Assembly (NCBI RefSeq): GCF_964355755.1
Contig: NC_092679.1
Location: 19,699,432-19,763,431 of the forward strand
Direction of reading: 5' to 3'
Source of the DNA: Antedon mediterranea
Lineage: Eukaryota; Animalia; Echinodermata
DNA: 64,000 nt
Part shown: positions 11,931-24,561 of the stretch, one piece after another
Position numbering within the stretch: the stretch's first letter is position 1
How the letters are laid out: every line of letters begins with the position of its first letter
Translations under genes and position numbers: made by a program
The notes under the pieces: generated by a model
Told to the model about the DNA's origin: nothing
Database searches by the model: none
What the model saw: only the letters and a program-made list of their open reading frames with translations

Positions 11931-14464
11931 ATAATTCTATGTTTACATGCCATAATATTTTTATGATGTTCCAAGCTCTGCCAAAATTGAATTTGGAAAC
12001 TTCTGGATAACTCATTTATAATGGAACGCAGGTCTACCTGCCAAAGACATCCTGATAGGTCTATTTATGATCGATGCTTATCCGTTGGGAATATGTATAT
12101 CCTTTGGAATACTCCATCCATTGGGAATTCACGCACACTGTCATTTTTAAACAACTGTTAAATTTTAAAATGTTCTGCATTTGAAATTAGATTTGATAAA
12201 TGTAGTTGCAATAAATCAGAGAATGTGTAATAACGCTTACATTTGGCTACCCTTTTAAGAAATAATCAGAATTTCTATGAAAAAATGAACACTAGACTAT
12301 TAATATGTAAAGGCTCCTAAATACTTTGATCTGAGATTTTCCTTTTTAAATGTAAACTTCAGAGGAAAAAAGACTAGAAACTTTGGCGACATAAAACATT
12401 CGTGAATCAGCCATTTTCGGAACATAAAACTTTCGCAAATTTGAAAAACAAGTACAAGTAAATACTGTAACAAGATTGCATATGCGCGACCTTTGTGTTA
12501 TAAAGACGCTAATAGATAAGCTACTGTATACAGTAGTAGGCCTACTCTACATTCTGAAAAGTATTCATGCCCGCAAATTTCAATCATTCACAAAATTCGC
12601 AAAAGTTTAATGCCCGCAAAAGTTTAATGCCCGCAAAAGTTTCTGGTTTTTACAGTACTGTGAGCAAAATAGTATATTAAGCTAAATCCATGAATCAAAT
12701 ATTTACTTATAACATTAATGTAGCTACTTGTTTTGGATATTTTTATCAAATTAACCTTTTTTTTTAAAGTTGAAAGTATTTAGAAGACATAAGTTAACAC
12801 CTGTCCGAACATTAACCCCTGCTTAACTTTAATATTTCCCTGTATTACTTTCTATTTGCAAAATTTTATGTTTCAAGCTGGTTTGTTAAAAAATATGATA
12901 ACCCAATAATGTTGAAAATAATAATGACACTTACCTTGACATACCATATGTATACAATGTATATAGACAAAGGTAAGCCTACCCGACAACGAAATCATCG
13001 CAATAATTTAGTTTTCATGCAAAAGAATAAGGTAGGCCAATTCATTTTGATTATCTATTCTCATTCCTAAAAACTAAACTTATTTTTAAAAACTTTACTT
13101 TTCATCCCTGGATGGAAAAAATAAGTAAAAGTTTATAGTCTTGCTCTATATAGCCACATAGACAAGACACAAAACATGGGAAATATTATTGTTTATCTAG
13201 TTGTGTTCCTGATTAAGAAAATCAGTTAGTATTTAATATGAGTGCAAAGTTAATTTCATCATATCCTGTACCTATTTGTATTTGTGCATGGAAAATGTAA
13301 TAAAAATTGTACTGTATGTTTAACTTAAAAAATATATTCAAATTCAAATTCAAAATAATATGAAAAAAATAAATTCATTCAGAACAGAGCATATATCATG
13401 TACCTATTGACACTCCTGGGTGACCAGACTGACATCATTATTTACAAGGACAAACCAGATCTATGACACAGCTATTCAAAAATGTTACTACTGATGCTTC
13501 ACATTTATTTAATTATTGTGAGAAGACCGACAACATTAAAATCCTTTAAAAAATGTTACTACTGCAAAAATCAATAGATAATGTTAAAGTCAAGGATAAA
13601 CCTAACATACTTAGCAATGGCAGACAATTTGAACACTAAGGAATTAATGAAGTTCAAAGGCACCAACTTATTAACTTCAAAATCAATTCATCCTTGTGTA
13701 TAAATCAACTAATAAAATAAATATCTGAAAAAATCCAGTTCAAGTTATTAATTAAGAAATAAGTCACAATTTCAAACATGACCGTCGACATCTATCAATC
13801 AAAAAGATGATTAGCCTAGCCTTGAGATTGTCATGAAACGCCTTCAACTGCCAGCTTGAAGCAGAGACAACCTGCTTCTTTCCGTTCTAAGGTACTTTAA
13901 GTTAGGCTTAGAAACGTCCATCAAGCTAAAATGATAATATTTTGCTATTAATGTGTAGAGCTTTATGTTATTTAAAAGTTTTAGGATTTAATTGATTACC
14001 ATGAACCCCAGAATTTAGAAACTTAGTGAAAATCATGAATCATAAGTATTTAAGCTTTAACCCAAGGGAAAATCTCATCTACGAATGTCAGACCAGAATT
14101 TAGCCATGTGGTGGAACATCTTTTAGTGTTATGATTGTAATATTTTAGGTATAATTCAAAACTAATAAGTACCTTTTTCCGCTTTTTCCAAAATTTCTAA
14201 AATACAGGTTACCAATCATGAGTTTTACTCAGAACTCCTCAACTACTTTTCTCAAACCTGGAATTTGACACTAAAGTGGTGCAAGCAAATTGTCACTGAT
14301 TTTACAAGGAAGAAACAACATTTCATGGTTGTGCTTATACATAGGTTCTACACAGGTTTTTGCCTGAAATCAATCAATATTTTCTATATCTTCCAATATT
14401 TTAAGCATTGTTTAACTGATCAAATTTATCAAACATTTTTGCCCAGCACAGAAGTGGGAACTTA

Positions 14465-14615
14465 ACTGGTTTAAATTGGTTTTAAACTGGTTAAAATTGT
14501 TTTATTAGCTGGTTCAAATTGTTTTTCAACTGGTTTAAATTGGTTTTCAACTGGTTCAAATTGCGTTCAACTGGTTCAGATTGGGTTTCAACTGGTTCAG
14601 ATTAGTTTTCAACTG
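14465..14615. repeat. ~21-bp minisatellite (aactggttcaaattggttttc), ~7 copies
   Basis: Directly visible tandem units. Confidence 0.85.
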
Positions 14616-16327
14616 TCTAATTGATGTTGGGATGAGTTGAAAACTATGACCATTCTGAAAATTGGAATATTTACCCTCTAGAATTGAGGAGGTGGTATCT
14701 TTAAATGTTATTAGAACCTATTTCTTATATTTCAAATGTTAATAAAGTTGAAAGTTATAAGGCGTGAACCTGAAATGTAATTTTTTCAAGGTTTTACAGA
14801 TTGAATCAGACTTTATCTATAAAACTGTACTAATACCAGTAATATGTTAGGCTTAACACAGTCTCTCGCCAAGACCCCACGAGGGAGTATGTTCATTATA
14901 ACCTGTAGCTTAGTCGCTAGCGCATCCGCACATTTAAAGGCCTAACTTTCAACTCCCAACAGACAACAACCAAGTTTTTCTGTTACGGCAATTATTGTAA
15001 TATTCTGAAAATAAACTTTTATATTTGCAGTCCCTCGGTGGTCAATCTCTTCAGGGGACAGGTAGTCAAAATCAAATAGGAAATATGTTTAATGGCAATT
15101 AGAAGGTCAGATTAAAAGGTCAACAAGTTTGTCTATAGATGTAGTAAAAGGTAAAAAAATAGTAGTTACTGTATACAACAGGTGTTAAGTTGTGTCTCTT
15201 TTGAATTCCCAGGAAAGTATAGATATTGAAACATCACTATGCTTTTTTCTACTTTTTTTTTTCCTGAGAAATCTTTTCCAATCCCTTGATGAATACTCTG
15301 AAGGCTCAGAGTTTGTGAGCAAATGTAAGTGTGGTGGTATTTTTACTATGTCAACTTCTCTTTTTCTCTTTTTCACTGTATTGTAAAGCTTTTTTATGTA
15401 AATTGATTTGAAATTACTAAATTAAAAATTTTATTTATGGTACTGAGCAAGAAACGACAACAAATAATTATTATCATTGGGTGAGAGGGTTCTGACCAAC
15501 ATACATGATACTTAACAGATCAGAGACACATTTAATAAACCACTAATTGTTAAAAGGCCAGAGGGATATTCCTAAACTTCCCAAGGGGTAACTAATTAAT
15601 AATTAGGCCACTTTCTCACATTTATTGAAATTGTGTTCAATGATTAAATATTAAAATTTCATTGATTGATGTAAAAGACTGATGTTGTTGCTTTCGAAAT
15701 CAAAGAAATCACATAGTGAAAATGTACTTTTAAATATATTTAAATAAAGACCTTAAAAATTGACAAAATGTGACCCTCAAATTTCTTAATAATTTCCACA
15801 CTTTTAAAAATATAATTTAACATATACCAAAAAAACACAATTCCCATTAGGATGTTCGTGATCTGGTTTACCCTCTGATTTTCCTGTACTTTCACCCCGA
15901 TTTTAATCTGAAAATTCCCTGTTGCATTTCTCAAAAGGGTCCATGCACTGTATTGGCCCTCTAACTTCCCACATTTCTACCACAAATATATTCCCAATTG
16001 GTTCTTTAGAGGGTCTATGTACTCTGATGGAATTAAAGGATGTTTTCAAGACATTTTTCTTACACTTAGTATAAAGATTATAAATGGCACCATGTGTGAA
16101 CAAAAAAAGACCCGATATTACTACTTGTTGATTGCAGAGGGTACATTTTTTTCTTACTTTGTAACATGTAAAAAAGACAAACAAAATGCCATTCTGACAA
16201 AAAAAACACCATAACTTTATACAACGTGTATAAACACATAGGGGTTTATTTATAATGGTGCAAGTATTTTTAAACTGTTTTATTTATATTATAATTTATT
16301 TCGTTTACTTTAAGAAATTAATACATG

Positions 16328-16371
<44 letters not shown>

Positions 16372-19300
16372 AGGAAAAGACTAAATGAGACCTCAGTCCT
16401 TATGTTCGTAACCATTTTTTTTTTACAAAAAATTGTATATATTTGTTGGAGTTTAATATTATCCGGGTTGGATCACCCTCTCCACCGTTCTAAACATCTC
16501 CTCACCGCCACTACCACTCTCTTTCAATGCAATAACATTTGTTTTCAATATTATTACAGTATTTTATTAACACTTAATACCAGCATAAAAATAGTTTTAC
16601 TTTAACTATAATCATATCGTAATGAATCACCAAATCAAATCAATTTTTTTTTTAATCATTCAAAGCTTATACACCAATCAAAACAGGAACATATTTTCTC
16701 CGAGGCTAGAATTAGCAAATAAAAACGAACAATATCAAATACAAATTTAATTACTTATACAAACAAAATGTTAGTCCCTAAAGTGGTCAGAGGAAGTCTG
16801 GTGCCAAGACACCGTGGCGTGGGGACTTAAAATGTTGGTGGGTGTGAAAAGTCTCAAGATGCCATTTTAATTAAATATTACGGTATAATATTCCATGGTG
16901 GTAGCTCATCAAATTATAATAATTTCAGGTCACGAAAAAGTTGTCAAATATAATTAAGTAAATAAATTAAATAAATAACAAGATTTAAGAAATTAGAAAT
17001 TGTTGTTGTTTCTATCATGGGTAAATTACTTAAGTGTAATTGAGTAAATTGGAAATCTATAATTTTAGTTAAATTGCAAAATTTGGGGTAAATTGTGAAA
17101 TTTGAGACAAACTATGAAATTTGAGATGAATTGTCACTTCTAGCCAAATTGTCACATTTGAGTATAATTGCCATAAATGAGCTAAATAGTCACATTTTAG
17201 CTAAATAAATGACATTTTAGCCGCAGAAAATAAGATTAATTCAATAAACAAATAAGATTTTTTTTTAAATAAATACTAGTTTAATTCGCTCATTAAATTT
17301 TTATCAAAAGTTTGTTCCTTTGTAAAAATAATTCTTAAATAATTTTTTGAATATGCCAAGTCACATAATCTAATTTGACCAAAAATTGGATGGGAAAAAA
17401 ATTTACCTGAAAAAAACTGTAATTTAAAGCAACAAAATTGTCAAATTGGCTGCCAACCAATGGATTTTTGATTGAATTCAACCATTTTATCAGTGAAACA
17501 TGATCAACTTTATTCAAACCTATTCAAAGTATGATTTAATTAATCTTTTCTAGTTTCTAATTTTCAGAAGATAAATGTTAAGATTCTTTTTGTTTACCAA
17601 TTAAGCCAAAGTGAATTTACTTCTACTCAACCTTCCTTAAAAAAGAAGTTTGTTTTCTTGGACTAAGACAGGATTTGAACCAAGGACGCGGATCAGAAGG
17701 CAAGAATGAAAACTTGTTTTTATAATATTGAATAAAAGTTATAGCACACATGGGAAACATACTCCATTCTATACTCGGTAAACAAAGAAAATTATGTTTA
17801 GAGGGCAAGAAAATCCAGACATTTTATGCTCAAATAGTAAAAACATTAATTAGCAATAATTTCCCATGACAGATGCTATTTTCCTCGTTATGTATTTAAA
17901 TGGCTAATAATTAAAGCTAGCAATTAAAATGAAAGTATAAAAAAAGTACAACTCATAATAAACTATGAGGGCGCTATCATTTTTTTGCAAATAATGTGTA
18001 TCTCTCTGAGTATGGTCAAATGCTTAGCAAAATTTAGTACAATAAAAATCATATTTATATATACTGTATATATTGCAGTTTATTTTAAACAATATTTATT
18101 TTCATCTACAGTATTTTATGAGGCCTCACATTTCTACCACTGACTAAACATTCAGAAGATTTCTACTCTAGCATATATTATAATTTTAAAGTTTCTTTTT
18201 ATTTAAAGTTTCTTATATTTATAGCACTGTCGCAGCCGAAGCTGAATTATTGTGTATTTGCATTTAAATGTATAAAACAATAAAAGTATTTAAATAATAA
18301 TATAAAATCGTGAAAATGTATTACAGTAGGCGCTAATACAAGAACACAACGAGATGTAGATTACATCTATTGGTAATCGGAATGTTCGGTAATGCATGGC
18401 ATATCAGACGGCCAGAAAGCAACAAATTAAGAGAAACAAGCACTTTAGCTTGGTGTTGACAAGATCCTTCTTACCCCATTACATCACACATCAGGCTTAT
18501 AAATGACTCATTTGGAAATTAACACTCTTGTCTGAGGTGCAGGACAGCTGAGCAGGGGTAAATGCGTGAGAACTTGGCCCCCCCACCATCTGGTAACAAT
18601 ATCAGGGGACACTTAACAAGGTCCAGATAGCATTAATTTGAATGAAGCATATCTGATAAAATTTCAATTAATAATCGTAATTAACCTAGCTTGCGATAAG
18701 CAGCTTTTCTTAACTAACCGTGTCCCCCCTCTCAAGGTCAAAGCGACAAACTGGAAATACAGACAAATATATATTAACTGCATTTGTTGATGGAAAAACT
18801 TAATGCAGTTAACTTCACTTAAAATGTTGAAGAAATAACAAAACAAAAAACTTTCTTTCAACAAATTTACAAAATACCAAATCTTGTGAACATAACATAG
18901 AATAAATTACTTAATGATTAACTTAATTACTTATTGATTTCATTATCAAAATTAGCTAATCTTATTATCTAATCAAATACCATGGAATAGGAAAAAAAGT
19001 TATTCAAGGAGAAGAAAAGATAGAAAATCAGGTTCCAACACCAATGAGACTCAAACCTTATTGGGAATAAAATGGAGCAGCTAAAGCAGAGATTTCTGAA
19101 GGCTTCTCAGCAAAAGAGCATTAAAGTCATTAGGTTAAGTTCAGCCTTTACATTATTCAAACTGCTCCCCGACACCCCAATTCCACCTCTTCTCATATTT
19201 CAATCAATCAATCAATCAATCGATCAAAGTAGCATACAGAATATTGTTAATGTGAGCAAACGAACAATCTTGAGAAATGGGCTGCCCAAAAACAATAATG

Positions 19301-19534
19301 CGTTATCAAAAATTCATATTATATAACACCTAAATAAATTCCTGTCATTTGATTGGACGATTGTGGGTCACATGGCGTGCAATAGGACGCACTATTTAAC
19401 AATCTTTAAATCTTTTTGCATATGGAAAATATTTTCTCTTTTCTTTACGGCATTGTAATAAGACAGCAACACAATTTCCCAAGTAGGGATGAATAAAGTT
19501 TCCTTGTATTCTTGTATCCTTGTATATTTGTTAA

Positions 19535-20664
19535 AATGGACCTGAAATGGAATTTCGATTTTCAAGAAATTCACACATGTTATTTAAATGTATCAAATTA
19601 ACACAAACCCATACAAATAAAAACAAAATGTATAGTATTTTGAGTAAAAACGAAATTTTAAGATACCATGGTAAATTAGCGAAAATTACTCACGCCATTG
19701 CAATATTCTATTTCAACGGCCGTCGGAAGCCTCTATATTCACGACGTCACATATACACACGATGATATCGAGAGCGTGTATATGCCGCCCGATAGTCAGT
19801 GAATGATCGACGGCCTGGAAAGATACGCGAAGCGTTGACACTAATACTAATTTATTCAATATCTAATGTTGTTGAAATATAGGTCCCTAAAATGTACTTC
19901 GTTTGTTCTAAAACCCGAATTTAGAAGGCTACCTTCCAAACCTTTACTAGGCCTAGGCCCCCAATCCAGCGCGCGGAGTCAATCCACCACCCACATCATG
20001 CGGCGAGCCTCCGTTTCATGTGCATCCAAGTACCAAAGCGATATCAACAACTTGCTGCGCTCATTGTCAAGCCAAAGTAAAATATGAATAAAATTCGTTT
20101 TCGAACTGCCTGATTGGTGACAAATAAATTATCATCTCATATTACTAATTTAATTCTGCTAAACTAAAAACTAAAGAAACTAACACATTTTAGCAGTATA
20201 AATTACGAACGATATACAAAATACACGAACGGAAAATATGGATACGCATCATTGCGCACGGAGCTGTATCCCGGACAACGTTGCCAGGCCAACTTCGGTA
20301 TTGCCAGAAAAAAACCGTTGATTTTAAGATTTTAAATCGTCATTTACTCGATGAATAACCGTTTATACGGTAATAATTTTATCTAAAAAAATTCTAAATA
20401 CGTTTCTGCAAATGCACAACCATTTTTTAGAAAATACTCCATAGATTTCAAGAGTTATAGCCAAAAAACTGCAAATTGTCCATTGGAGGGATAGGAATAT
20501 ATTCGCAAAGTGACGTCACCCGCGAATTTTTTTGATTTTCAAATGGGGCTTTCCCCAAAAGGGCCAATTTATATTTTGTAACAATATACATTCTAGCAAC
20601 ACCTAATAGCCCCCAAAACATCATTCTAAAATGAAAAAAATCGAAAATCCATTTCAGGTCCATT
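19535..20664. mobile_element. Non-autonomous DNA transposon with TTAA target duplication (Kolobok-like)
   Basis: TTAA|AATGGACCTGAAATGGAATTTCGATTTT ... AAAATCGAAAATCCATTTCAGGTCCATT|TTAA. TTAA TSD plus purine-purine 5' terminus fits Kolobok better than piggyBac (CC termini). No intact ORF. Confidence 0.7.
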
Positions 20665-21705
20665 TTAAGACCATTACTTCAGAAATCCAACATCATCATT
20701 TACCTCATGGCATTATTTGTACCATTCCACTCATAAACATTTATTATTTGTACAACATTCTCCAATCCATATTTTACCCACTTTTTTCAAAGTTTAAAGC
20801 ATATAACAGTAAATATATTAGTTCTTGAAATAGACTGTTCATTGTACTGTAGAAGCATGCATTATGTCAGTTAAATTAAATACTTTCAAACTAAATTAAT
20901 TATTTAGATTGCCTCACAGAAGTCTTAGAACTTCTAAAGAAAGATTTAATTACTTCGGTAGTACTTTAAAAAAATAATGTATATATTTTTTTAATAGCAA
21001 TTAGAATTACAAGTAAATACACATAATTTGTTAACATTGTCTTCAACCTAAAAAAATAAATATTAAAATTTAATTCTATTACTGTAATTGCATCATATTC
21101 ACTATTTACTAAATTAGTTATCAGCTAAATCTACAAAATTAACAACCATGCTAAAAAAACATCTTCTAATATTGCACTTACTTTTATTTGTCCAGCTATC
21201 AAATTCCAATCTCACTCATTCTGTATAAAAACTGTTCCAATAAAGCTTATAACAATTTAGGAATTTTAATTTATAAGAAAAACACTTACATGACTGCATT
21301 AAAACAAATGTTTTCAACTCTTTTGCTCAGCACACAGGGTCCCAAAGTAACCCACAAAAAAAATCTCTTAAATCCTACGTTCACTAGAGGATGACAAGTA
21401 AAGTTTACTTTCGCTTTTAGAACTTCTGAAATCCACGAACACGTGCTGTTAAAAGTGGTTTGATTAGTGACCAGGAAGTTACCTCTTCCGAAGGAAGGAG
21501 AGAATTGAGCATGTTTAAGATTTCTAAAGAGACTTCAGCTTCATTTCATTGGACCCTCTACACACCACTCGACTTTCAATTATGAAAGTTTATGTTGAAA
21601 TAGTGAAAGTTCAGTGGAAAACAACATTAATTTTTTTGGAAAAACATGTAAAAGTATTTATATATTCATAATTAAAAGATTTTATAATCCCTTTTCTAAT
21701 CCATA

Positions 21706-21858
21706 AGCTCTCTACACTATCAAACTTAATGTGACAAACAAAAGTGATGTGCCCATATATAGACATGATGATGTCATATCACTACCATATTTGGGTATAT
21801 CACTACATTATTTTGGCACATCACATTTTTTGTTAAGTTTGATAGTGTAAACAGAGCT
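21706..21858. mobile_element. MITE family A copy
   Basis: Same TIR and internal sequence as 9447-9594. Confidence 0.8.
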
Positions 21859-22104
21859 TTATAAAAGATTCCTTGGCTGGAATTACTGAATTTGAATTGT
21901 GAATGGCCGAACATTGGAAACATACATCTAATGTATGTTTTATGAAGGTTGTGTACATTTAAAAATATAGACAAACATAGCTATATTTAATATCATAGTA
22001 TTTTGTATTGTTCTTTAAATTTTAATTTGATACATTAAAAAAAAATTTGATTTGAAAATGAATAATAGTAAATTAATTCCATCCAGCTTCTGCTCATAAC
22101 TGTT

Positions 22105-22219
22105 TATTTGCCATAAGTCGCGTGCTAAAACGCATAGTGATACCGGACCGACACAGACCGACAAACAGACAGACAGACCGACATAGTGAACTATAGAGTC
22201 GCGTCCATGCGACTAAAAA
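22105..22219 (-). mobile_element. Miniature DINE-1/HINE-like element (~115 bp)
   Basis: Minus strand: TTTTTAGTCGCATGGACGCGACT (subTIR plus inverted repeat), (GTCY)n microsatellite, then 3' subTIR CACGCGACTTA. This is the DINE-1 layout. Confidence 0.7.
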
Positions 22220-23718
22220 TGATTGAAAAAATCTTATATTTATATCAACTGCATGCTAAATTTGTGTTCCAAAAAAATCAATTGAAATCATATTTTGTAT
22301 TGCGGCTATAAGTTGTATAGCGATAAACTGGCGTTTCAACACCCAATCGATTGCATGTTTTTAATTGTTCCTCATTCTGCTGCCAAAAAATTGGGGAATT
22401 TATTTAAATAGTTATTAATTATAAATTTTTTTTTTCAAACAGAAACAGGCTTGCAATTAATTTAAATGTAGGAGACCTCTTGTTGTGGGCCTATTTTTTG
22501 GGACGTGCCACAGAAAGTTCAGAGTACAAAGAGAAAGAAAATATGTTTGTCAAAATAAATGTAATATACCAATTACGCTTCAAAGCGAAAGTAAGTTTTG
22601 AAGTTTAATAAATCTTGCAATAATTATCTAATACTTGTTGATTCTCTATTTTCATGAACGACCTAAATTCTAAACTGCTAAAAATTCATCTTACTTAGAA
22701 AAAGAATATTTTTATTGGCATTTCTATGTCGATTAATTACGAATCTTTATGTCATTAATCATAACCCAATAATACTCAGCCTACTAGCACTTGATATGGG
22801 TGTGTCTCAGGTCTTCCTGATCGGATCATCCACCATTACTAAATAACCCACTTTAAAAGGTCAATGCTCTTTAATATAAAATGCTAAATTTCATTTCTTT
22901 CTTTCTTTTTCTGAACTTTTGCCAAAACTTGAAGGTCAACGTTTTTGAAATCTCTGTTGTACTTGTTATGGTATTGACACATGACAAATACCACAGGATA
23001 TGTCTTCCAAATTTGGCACATTTTGAAATAGAACACAGTTGCACTCGGGCACAAAATGGTACCTAAAATATGAAATTTATAATAAATATATTGTAACTAC
23101 ATTTTTTTCAACTGAATTGAGATCGAGAGTTGTGATGTTATACAGAAGAAGCAACATAGTTGGGAAACCAAATAATACCTCTTTCACACTAAAACTCCTG
23201 AGTGGTCTCCGGAGATACCCCGGGATTTAAGACCATTCAAAACGTTGAGAAATTCCAGAGATTTTCACACCAACCTAGCAACACCGGGGTTTATAAAATA
23301 AAATTGTAAATGTTGCCCTCTATTTTTTTTGTTTACATAGCGACTATCATTAGAATCATTTTAATTAATAATATTTTTAATTTAATAATTACTTTCAACA
23401 GTCTCAGAAGTAATATAATGTTTTATTGATAAACTACTTATTATTTTTGAAACTCGCTATATAATTCGCACAAAAGCTGATGCAGGTTGCATTGTGGACT
23501 CAAGTACATTAACTATGTTTTTATTTACAACTGTCATGAATTCTGTTCTTTAAACTATGAATGAAGTTCCTTTCTCAGTTTCTCCAATATTCATAAAATT
23601 AGGGAACGTTATTCGTTACAAACATCATGCTTGCGCTATTATATAACTAGGTAACTTCAGAAGCTTACGTAACCCGGTATTCTAAATAAGTTTACAGTAC
23701 CTTCACTGAATTTACTCA

Positions 23719-23823
23719 ACCAAATATGGTAGTGATGCCCATATATGGTAGTGATATGCCACCATAATGTGTTTATATTGGCACATCACATTTTGTTGTC
23801 ACATAAAGTTTGATGTGTAGACT
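23719..23823. mobile_element. MITE family A, partial copy
   Basis: ccaaatatggtagtgat...gcacatcacattttgttgtcacataaagtttgatgtgtagac. Confidence 0.65.
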
Positions 23824-24561
23824 ATGACAATGGGAATTATATACGTTTTACAGATGATTTCTGACAGAGATTTAAAAAAAAGTTTGATGTTTTCGTATCA
23901 TAGTGTTCTATAACAACCAGGTATCTATATATAAATTTACGTAAGGGCAAAATTCGGTAAATCGCGCCTTACTTCTAGAATTTTTACTCGATGGTATATA
24001 AAGTTGGTTCGTACTTTCGGTACTGATTTTAACCACCTGATGTAACCCTGTTTACTAATTAAATTAAGTTAGATAATTAGTTATTGACGATTAAAACGAA
24101 TTTAGGTTCAACGATTTGCCCCAAATAGGGGTGTTTTCCGATCGTGGTATACACTGTCTAATGGATGTCCATCTTGAAAAATACCCGCCACAAAAATGCG
24201 AGGAGGCTTCGCATTTTCCTATCTCCTCCTACGATAATTGTTTTTAATAGCTGAAAACCGGTTGAACAGTTCGAGTACAGCATCATAATGTTGAAGACAG
24301 GCCGATTTTCTTTAAAAAATACTATTTTGATACATTTAATATACGTTTTTACAAATGTATTGATTTGTGATGAATGGAACATTCCAAATTATTTGGTTTA
24401 ACCATACAGGTATAGATTTAGATTTATGGGCCCCCTTGGAGAATAAACATAAATAGTATTGCAATGCTGTACCAGGGAGTTCCCTGGCTGTACAATACTG
24501 TTAAGGTATTTTAATGGTTAAAACCACTTTTGATCGCAATTTGAATCGCAAATTTCTTACT

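Noticed and set aside
15185-15386. Lys-rich 63-aa ORF and its antisense ORF
   Set aside because: Explained by A/T runs; no recognisable homology or convincing splice sites.
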